Assembly (NCBI GenBank): GCA_964510165.1 | Contig: CAZEBC010000112.1 | Location: 1-13,355, forward strand | Direction: 5' to 3' | From: an uncultured bacterium | GTDB taxonomy: Bacteria > Abyssobacteria > SURF-5 | DNA length: 13,355 nucleotides | Shown: positions 7,755 to 13,355 of the stretch, one piece after another | Position numbering within the stretch: the stretch's first letter is position 1 | How the letters are laid out: the number at the start of each line of letters is the position of its first letter | Notes under the pieces: generated by a model | Databases searched by the model: none | Told to the model about the DNA's origin: nothing | Seen by the model: the letters and a program-made list of their open reading frames with translations, nothing else | Translations under genes and position numbers: made by a program

Positions 7755-8741
7755 TCAACTGCGCTGCTTGCGTTCTCGATTCAGGCCCCTTGCATTGAGA
7801 GAACTGAACCTCGCCGACAAATCGTAATCCTTCATGTCCTTCGCGGTCAGTTTCTTCGAGGGGCAATGGTGCAGGCATTTTCCACAGAAGTCGCCGCAGA
7901 TAATACCGAAGCAGTTATCCAGCATTCCCCTGTCGAACATGTGGATGTTGTCGCCGTGCAGCTCCGAATAAAAGTGCATCGGCTGGCCGGGACCATCGGG
8001 GATTTTCATGTCGGTCCGACCGCCAGAGCCTTTCACCATGGCATGAATCCCATATGCGCATCGGATGTTGTCGTGCGTTGAATACGCGATTGTCTTTCCG
8101 GCGATGGTAAGCGACTGGCTTTCCGTTTCGGAAAACGCGCCGGCAGGACACAGGCGCACGCATTTCATCCCGCAATCTTTCGGGCGACACAGCGCCGGAC
8201 CACTCCAAAGCGGTGTGGGCTCCAATTCCGCCGAGGTCAATACGGAATTGAATCTCTGCATCGAGCCGAACTCGGGCGAAAGCCCCAGGCCATTCCATCC
8301 CAGGTCCACGATGCCCGCGGCCGCTGCCGCGTGCCTGTGTGAAAATTCGGCGCGCACCTTGTTCGTGGCAAGGGTTTCCTCGAGATACTTGTAGAAACTG
8401 GTGACCCATGTGGGCAGAAAACAGAGCGTCTTGTAACCCTCGTATTCCAGCAGTTTGGCCATTCGATTGACCATCCTGGAACTTTCAATGTTGGTCAGGC
8501 CGTAGCCGTAGAAGAGATATGGCGTAATCGTTTTTCCCGGCTGGTCGTACTCGCCCCACACGTCAGCCATGCCCTGGAAGATATGCAGGCCTATCGAGAT
8601 GACGGACCTGCATTCAGGCAGGAAATCCGTCGGTTTGTGGCCCTCCGGGGCATTGGCGAACCGTTCGACAGGCGCGATTCCAACCAGGTCCGCTCCCCAA
8701 TCGAGCAGTGTATCCACCACGGCTTTGGTCAGGTTATCCAT
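7755..8741 (-). CDS. QueG (epoxyqueuosine reductase)/reductive-dehalogenase-fold Fe-S protein, probably cobalamin-binding, function unknown (328 aa)
   Basis: AAAGGAGG RBS just upstream of the ATG at 8741 (MDNLTKAVV). Motifs: GADLVGIAPVERF, PTDFLPECRSVISIG, FSHRHAAAAAGIVDLGWNGLGLSPEFGSMQRFNSVLTSAELEP, and two Cys clusters ending in CP. Confidence 0.78.
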   Translation of the reverse strand: MDNLTKAVVDTLLDWGADLVGIAPVERFANAPEGHKPTDFLPECRSVISIGLHIFQGMADVWGEYDQPGKTITPYLFYGYGLTNIESSRMVNRMAKLLEYEGYKTLCFLPTWVTSFYKYLEETLATNKVRAEFSHRHAAAAAGIVDLGWNGLGLSPEFGSMQRFNSVLTSAELEPTPLWSGPALCRPKDCGMKCVRLCPAGAFSETESQSLTIAGKTIAYSTHDNIRCAYGIHAMVKGSGGRTDMKIPDGPGQPMHFYSELHGDNIHMFDRGMLDNCFGIICGDFCGKCLHHCPSKKLTAKDMKDYDLSARFSSLNARGLNRERKQRS

Positions 8742-8874
8742 CGGGTCCTCCTTTGGAACAAGAGCATTGAAAGGGCATACAGGGCGGGAGAGCGACAGCT
8801 CAGGGTTATTTAGGGTCAGCATCTCCCGCGCCGAGCGGGATGTCCCGAAATAACCGATCGTCTGGGACAGCTAG

Positions 8875-8883
8875 ATAATACCA
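8875..8883 (-). promoter_or_regulatory. Putative extended -10 element (TGgTATTAT) for the QueG-like gene
   Basis: The minus strand reads TGGTATTAT in the mlaD/QueG-like intergenic region, with a weak -35 (TGGCAA) 18 bp upstream of the hexamer. Confidence 0.35.
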
Positions 8884-8927
8884 CCTTTGCGGTCCGGATT
8901 GCCAGTCGAATGCAACCGCACCGAGAA

Positions 8928-9965
8928 TCATTGGAACGCGGCGAAAAGAACACTCGTAAACGTGATGATGGGCACCTGCTCTCGGACGTCTTCGGCGGCG
9001 TGACGCGATTCCTTGAACATGCGGGTGGCCTCTTTGTAAAGCGTGTCGTCCTGCACGAGTTTTCCGATCGTACCCTCACCCTTCTCTATCTTCTCGGTGA
9101 TCGAGTCCACTCTCGTCAAGGTTGCCTCGATCTTGGGGGCGGCTTCTCTCAGCGACACAATGGTCGCCCTTATGTCTTCTTCGTTGTCGCCGAGGATGCG
9201 GGTCATTGTTCCTGAGGCTTCACGCAGGCTGGCAGACAGGTCCCTCAGGTCGTTGTACAGGTTCTCATCCTGCACGAGCTTGCCAATGGTGCCCTCGCCT
9301 CGTTCGATTCTCTGAGCTATCTTGTTGATGCTTTCGGTGGTCTGCTCCAATTGCGGGGCGGCGTCGCGCAGCGAAGCGATAATCTTCCTCAAATCCTCCT
9401 CGTTCTCGGTCGTTATCCGGGACAGCGACTCAAACGTGGTCCGAATATTCTCGCGGTTTTCGCCGAGAATGTCCTGGAGATCCCCAATGAGTTGTTCTTG
9501 GTTTTCGTTGAAGTTGCGCACGAATACGCGGACATCTTCTGCCACGTCAGCGACATTCTGGAGCATCCGTGTGAGGTCGGCCGCCTCTTCGGTCCTAATC
9601 GTGTCGCCGTCCTCAAGCCTCGCGGATTGGGGGGACCCGACCGTCACGTTTATGTACTTCCCGCCGAGCAGGCTCTCGCTTTCGATGCGGGCGACCGAGT
9701 CCTCGCGCAGAAGCGCGTCGCGGTCTATCGCCATGACCACTTCCACGCGCCCCTCGGTTACGCGCATGCCCCTGACCTCACCGACTTCGACCCCGGCGAG
9801 CGTCACGCGGTCCTCCTCTTCGAGCCCGTCCACTTTGTCGAAGTAGCCGCGAATCGTGTATCTCTTCTTTATCCAATCGTCAAGCCCGCCCGCATAGAAC
9901 GTCAATCCTCCGAGGATAAGCATGCCAATGACGAAGAAGAGACCAACTTTCATTTCCTTTGACAT
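8928..9965 (-). CDS. mlaD: MlaD/MCE-domain lipid transport protein with a long helical C-terminal region (345 aa)
   Basis: ATG at 9965 follows a GGGGG SD-like motif. N-terminal TM anchor EMKVGLFFVIGMLILGGL, MCE domain VDGL...VTLAGVEVGEV...SLLGGKYINV, and GEGTIGKLVQD twice. Confidence 0.9.
   Translation of the reverse strand: MSKEMKVGLFFVIGMLILGGLTFYAGGLDDWIKKRYTIRGYFDKVDGLEEEDRVTLAGVEVGEVRGMRVTEGRVEVVMAIDRDALLREDSVARIESESLLGGKYINVTVGSPQSARLEDGDTIRTEEAADLTRMLQNVADVAEDVRVFVRNFNENQEQLIGDLQDILGENRENIRTTFESLSRITTENEEDLRKIIASLRDAAPQLEQTTESINKIAQRIERGEGTIGKLVQDENLYNDLRDLSASLREASGTMTRILGDNEEDIRATIVSLREAAPKIEATLTRVDSITEKIEKGEGTIGKLVQDDTLYKEATRMFKESRHAAEDVREQVPIITFTSVLFAAFQ
9036..9407 (-). repeat. Intragenic tandem duplication in mlaD, period 219 nt (73 aa)
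   Basis: ENEEDLRKIIASLRDAAPQL...IERGEGTIGKLVQDENLY aligns with DNEEDIRATIVSLREAAPKI...IEKGEGTIGKLVQDDTLY. The 11-mer TCCTGCACGAG occurs at 9049 and 9268, an offset of 219. Confidence 0.85.
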
Positions 9966-9993
9966 GGGCAAGAAGACCCCCTTTCGCAAACCG

Positions 9994-10770
9994 TCAGAAC
10001 ACCAGCAATATCCTGGAGAGGAAATAATCGAATACCACAATAAGGACAATCGACAGGACGACCGACTGGGTGGTGTATCGGCCTACGCCCTCAGCGCCGC
10101 CGGTCGTCTTGAAACCCTTATAGCAACCGATGATCGCAACGATGCCCCCGAAAAACATTGACTTGATGAGACCTCGAAACACCTCATCAAACGTGAGTGA
10201 GTTGAACAGATTGTCAAAATAGCTTTGAACGCCAACCCCTACGTACGTCGCCGATATCAGGGCGCCCCCGAGTATGCCGATCAGGTTCACATAGATCACG
10301 ATGATCGGTACCATAAGAACGGCCGCCACCAGACGGGGCATCGAAAGATAGTATACGGGATCCACACCCATCACCTTGAGGGCGTCTATCTCCTCGGAGA
10401 CCTCCATCGTGCCTATCTCCGCCGTGATCGCAGCGCCCACACGACCGGCTACAAGGTAACCCGTCAATACCGGCGCGAGTTCCTTCGCCATCGAAACTCC
10501 CACGATTGCGCCAATTATGCTTTGCAGGTTGAACTGCATTAATTGATAGCCGGTCTGCAACGCCAGCACCATGCCCACAAAGAAGCCCATCAGCATCGCA
10601 ATGGGAAGCGTGCCCACTCCCATGAAGGCCATTTGCTTGAAGATGGCCGACCGGCTCTTCAACGCTCTTCGGCAACTGAGCAGCGTCTTCCAAAACAGTA
10701 TAAGGATCTCGCCGGTGGCTTCAAGAAAACAGATCAGGCCGGCGCCAAGGTACTCCAGAAGTCTTTTCAT
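9994..10770 (-). CDS. mlaE: MlaE family ABC transporter permease
   Basis: KELAPVLTGYLVAGRVGAAITAEIGTMEVSEEIDALKVMGVDP...PRL and GGAEGVGRYTTQSVV, with multiple hydrophobic helices. Confidence 0.96.
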   Translation of the reverse strand: MKRLLEYLGAGLICFLEATGEILILFWKTLLSCRRALKSRSAIFKQMAFMGVGTLPIAMLMGFFVGMVLALQTGYQLMQFNLQSIIGAIVGVSMAKELAPVLTGYLVAGRVGAAITAEIGTMEVSEEIDALKVMGVDPVYYLSMPRLVAAVLMVPIIVIYVNLIGILGGALISATYVGVGVQSYFDNLFNSLTFDEVFRGLIKSMFFGGIVAIIGCYKGFKTTGGAEGVGRYTTQSVVLSIVLIVVFDYFLSRILLVF

Positions 10771-10801
10771 CTCGGTCCCTCAACCTCCGCCGGGTTAAAG
10801 A

Positions 10802-12259
10802 CTAATACGGCAACCGTATAAAGTATAACATCTGCAGAGTACGCTGTGTTTCTGTCCTGCTCGTCCCGAAGAGCCCGCCGAGTATTTTCATGTTTCTCCC
10901 GCCTTGTTCTATGTCCTCGCTCGACGAGTACAGAAGGGGGATATGCGTTTTGGACATTCCGTCCTTCTCCTCGTGGCGGTAGAGCCGCCACAATGCGTAG
11001 GTGCGCGAAGCGCCCGTGGCCGTCGTCTCCCGCTCATAGATAGTCCACAAAGGCGAGTACTGCCGCTCGAAATCAATAGCGTCGTCAAACCATAACAACG
11101 AGAGCATCCTGAAATAGGTGGCGCCGTCCTCTGTGCGGCGGAACTTCCACAGCGGCCACAACTTGTGCTTGTGTCTTATCACGCCTTTCGACGCGGAAAT
11201 ATCGCTTTTTGATGACCATACCGGCACCAGGAACGTCTCGTGGCGCTCGATGTCCTCTTCCAATTCAATGATATTCTGATTCCAGAACGGCCAAAGTACA
11301 AACCGCTTCTCCGAGTCTGCGGCCCGCGTGTAGCCGTAGAGCGGCCACACCCGAGTGCGATAGACCTCTCCCCTTGTGGTCGCGATGAAAGGCCACGGCA
11401 TCCAGCGCTCCTGATAGTTCTTGGCGAAATTATCTTCGTACGTGAAGAAAGGCCAGAGCACCGCCCAATAGTCCCTCCGGGCGCTCGTTTCCCGCCCATA
11501 GAAAGGGAAAACGAGCGTACGCTCGCCGCTCTGGTCCTTGTCGAGGTCGAAGGTCTGGTGATGATAAATCGGCCACAACGCGAATTCCTTCCGGTATTCA
11601 CCTTCCTTTTCGAAATGCCCGAATAGCGGCCACAGGCGGAATCCGTCATACCCGCCGCCTTCCGAAAACGACAGTATCGGCCAGAGATAATTGCGCTGGT
11701 GAAGTTCGTCTTTGGTGTATTCCATGTAGAGAGGAAAAAGATAAAACCTGATTTCGTCCCGCCCAAGAAAATGGTTCAGCTTGCCAGCGATTGGGAATAC
11801 GGCAGAATAGCTTCCCTCTTCGGTGGATTCGCCTCCGAACAGGATCGGGAATAACATGTAATCGGTTTCGGTTTCCACTCCCTCTTCGTATTCATACACG
11901 TCCTTCCAATATGAGTAAAGCGGGAAAATCCGCACGGTAACGTCCTGCTCATTTCGCTTATAGAGATAGATGGGATATAGGAACTGCACCCGTTTTTCAG
12001 ATTTATCTCTCGATTCTCGACTTACATAGAACGGCCTGAAACTGAATTGCCGCCATGTGTCGGTTTCCTCCCATGAGAGAATCGGCCAGAGTCCTTTCGT
12101 GACAACTAGTTCCGTTTCTCCGGCGGATTCCTCGGCGGCACGGGGGGCAGGGGAGGGGAGCGAAAGGAAAAGCATGAGAGATAAGAACACCACAAACGTA
12201 GCGCGGACACATGAGCGAGCTTCTCTACGCAGCCGCGCGCGGGAGTCTCTTCTGGTCAT
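10802..12259 (-). CDS. Uncharacterised exported protein built of about 20 aromatic [W/F]-P-[I/L/F]-[F/Y/W] repeats (485 aa)
   Basis: Long ORF filling the gap between mlaF and mlaE, with an ATGA overlap with the mlaF stop. An Arg-rich N-terminus is followed by the hydrophobic stretch ATFVVFLSLMLFLSL and PRAA (signal peptide or anchor). Recurring LWPI, LFPL and LWPF motifs. Confidence 0.85.
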   Translation of the reverse strand: MTRRDSRARLRREARSCVRATFVVFLSLMLFLSLPSPAPRAAEESAGETELVVTKGLWPILSWEETDTWRQFSFRPFYVSRESRDKSEKRVQFLYPIYLYKRNEQDVTVRIFPLYSYWKDVYEYEEGVETETDYMLFPILFGGESTEEGSYSAVFPIAGKLNHFLGRDEIRFYLFPLYMEYTKDELHQRNYLWPILSFSEGGGYDGFRLWPLFGHFEKEGEYRKEFALWPIYHHQTFDLDKDQSGERTLVFPFYGRETSARRDYWAVLWPFFTYEDNFAKNYQERWMPWPFIATTRGEVYRTRVWPLYGYTRAADSEKRFVLWPFWNQNIIELEEDIERHETFLVPVWSSKSDISASKGVIRHKHKLWPLWKFRRTEDGATYFRMLSLLWFDDAIDFERQYSPLWTIYERETTATGASRTYALWRLYRHEEKDGMSKTHIPLLYSSSEDIEQGGRNMKILGGLFGTSRTETQRTLQMLYFIRLPY

Positions 12260-13002
12260 CCTGTTACCGAGTTGAAACGGGGAAGTCCTCTCAGGAACTG
12301 CTGTACAAGCTCGTCTTCGCTCTGCATTATCTCCCAGGGGGTGCCATCGGCTATCTTCTTGCCCTCATGGAGCATAATGACCTTGTCCGCGACTTTGAAA
12401 CCATGCAAGAGTTCGTGCGTCACGATCATCATGGTCATGCCGGACATCTTCTTCAGGTTCAGGATCAGTTCGTCAATCTCATTGGCGATTATCGGGTCAA
12501 GCCCTGCGATGGGCTCATCGAAAAACATATACTTCGGGTCGAGCGCCAGAGCCCTGGCCAGTCCGGCGCGCTTCTTCATTCCGCCGCTCAGTTCCGAGGG
12601 CATCATATCCTCACAACCCTCGAGACCGACCAATCTGAGCTTCTCCTTGACGATTTCCCCGGTCTTGCGCTCGTCGTAGTTCCTGTGCTGGCGGATCGGA
12701 AACGCAACGTTCTCGCCGACGGTCATCGAGTTGAACAAGGCCGCGCTCTGAAACAACATGCCAAAATCGCGCCTGAGATCGTTTAGGTCCCTCTCGCTTA
12801 TCCCGGTGATATCGGTCCCCTCTACAATGATGCTGCCCGATTCCGGCCTTTCGAGACCAAGAATGCATCTCAACATCGTGCTCTTGCCCACTCCGCTTCG
12901 GCCGATGACGACCGTCGTCTCGTTTGATTTCATCTCAAACGAAACATTGTCGAGCACAACGTGGCTGTTATATCTAAAGGTAAGGTTACGGACTTCAATC
13001 AC
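12256..13002 (-). CDS. mlaF: MlaF/Mkl family ABC transporter ATP-binding protein
   Basis: GTG start with a GGAGG RBS. Walker A GRSGVGKS, GMLFQSAALFNSMTVGENVAFP, signature ELSGGMKKRAGLARAL, Walker B FFDEPIAGLDP, H-loop VTHE. Confidence 0.96.
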   Translation of the reverse strand: MIEVRNLTFRYNSHVVLDNVSFEMKSNETTVVIGRSGVGKSTMLRCILGLERPESGSIIVEGTDITGISERDLNDLRRDFGMLFQSAALFNSMTVGENVAFPIRQHRNYDERKTGEIVKEKLRLVGLEGCEDMMPSELSGGMKKRAGLARALALDPKYMFFDEPIAGLDPIIANEIDELILNLKKMSGMTMMIVTHELLHGFKVADKVIMLHEGKKIADGTPWEIMQSEDELVQQFLRGLPRFNSVTG

Positions 13003-13035
13003 TTCGGGACCCTCCGCGCGCTGGGTGACGTGACT

Positions 13036-13065
13036 ATATTACTCCACCCGATATGCGCAGGTCAA
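13036..13065 (-). promoter_or_regulatory. Putative sigma70 promoter for the mla operon
   Basis: The minus strand reads TTGACC (13065-13060), an 18-bp spacer, then TAATAT (13041-13036), about 35 bp upstream of the mlaF start. Confidence 0.5.
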
Positions 13066-13209
13066 GAAAACTCATCTCACATCCGGTTTAACTATAACAT
13101 GGAATACGGAAGAAAGCCCTGACTTTTGTCACAAACTGAGCGAGGGCCGACTTGGACAAGCGTTAACCTTTTTTGCACTCCCTAACCCTTTCGCATGTTC
13201 CCGCAAACC

Positions 13210-13238
13210 TTGACAAACCACCCGATTATGCATATAAT
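13210..13238 (+). promoter_or_regulatory. Consensus sigma70 promoter for tRNA-Asn
   Basis: TTGACA (13210-13215), exactly 17 bp, then TATAAT (13233-13238), 40 bp upstream of the tRNA. Confidence 0.85.
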
Positions 13239-13278
13239 TGCTCTTATATCGAAGGGTGAAAGTTGCCTGAGAAACCAT

Positions 13279-13354
13279 TCCCCGGTAGCTCAGTCGGTAG
13301 AGCGGGTGGCTGTTAACCACCATGTCGCTGGTTCGAGTCCGGCCCGGGGAGCCA
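13279..13354 (+). tRNA. tRNA-Asn (anticodon GTT)
   Basis: 76 nt. Acceptor stem TCCCCGG/CCGGGGA, D arm GCTC-AGTCGGTA-GAGC, anticodon arm GGTGG-CT-GTT-AA-CCACC (GTT at 13312-13314), T loop GTTCGAGTC, discriminator G, encoded CCA. Confidence 0.98.
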
Positions 13355-13355
13355 A

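Noticed and set aside
10236-10242. CCCCTAC in mlaE, matching the REP end
   Set aside because: There is no adjacent hairpin. It simply encodes Val-Gly on the minus strand and is a chance 7-mer.
10802-12259. Recurring GGCCA-containing DNA motifs in the repeat gene as a possible CRISPR or DNA repeat array
   Set aside because: They are the reverse complement of Trp-Pro codons, with irregular spacing and no conserved 25-40 bp repeat. The repeat is at the protein level.
13089-13098. TAACTATAAC, resembling the start of the I-CeuI site in 23S rRNA
   Set aside because: Only 10 bp match, the following sequence diverges, and there is no rRNA context.
13129-13323. 64-aa minus-strand ORF
   Set aside because: It is antisense to the tRNA and its promoter, so it is spurious.
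7755-13354. Functional link between the QueG-like gene and tRNA-Asn(GTT), a queuosine-modified tRNA
   Set aside because: They are about 4.5 kb apart, separated by an unrelated operon, and the protein lacks QueG-specific motifs. Probably coincidence.
13279-13355. tRNA as an integration site for a genomic island
   Set aside because: No integrase or duplicated tRNA 3' end is visible in the window, and the sequence downstream of the tRNA is outside it.

Overview
A GC-rich bacterial chromosomal segment, probably from an anaerobic diderm. It has 12 supported protein-coding genes and one tRNA gene. On the + strand: a 2-oxoacid:ferredoxin oxidoreductase operon (gamma, an enlarged delta subunit fused to a GltD/NfnB-like flavoprotein, alpha, beta; alpha and beta look VorA/VorB-like), an atypical M24 peptidase/creatinase-like gene, an alpha/beta hydrolase and citrate synthase (gltA). 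On the - strand: an MCE/Mla ABC operon (mlaF, an unknown W/F-P repeat protein, mlaE, a long mlaD with an internal duplication), then a QueG/reductive-dehalogenase-fold Fe-S protein that converges on gltA. tRNA-Asn(GTT), with a perfect sigma70 promoter, ends the window. The three most notable observations are: (1) an inverted pair of GTAG-type REP palindromes inside the reading frame of the oxidoreductase gene, translated as an 18-aa loop; (2) an uncharacterised aromatic repeat protein translationally coupled inside the MCE operon; (3) the split delta subunit with an inserted NAD(P)H flavoprotein. All family assignments come from motif recognition by eye. No database searches were run.
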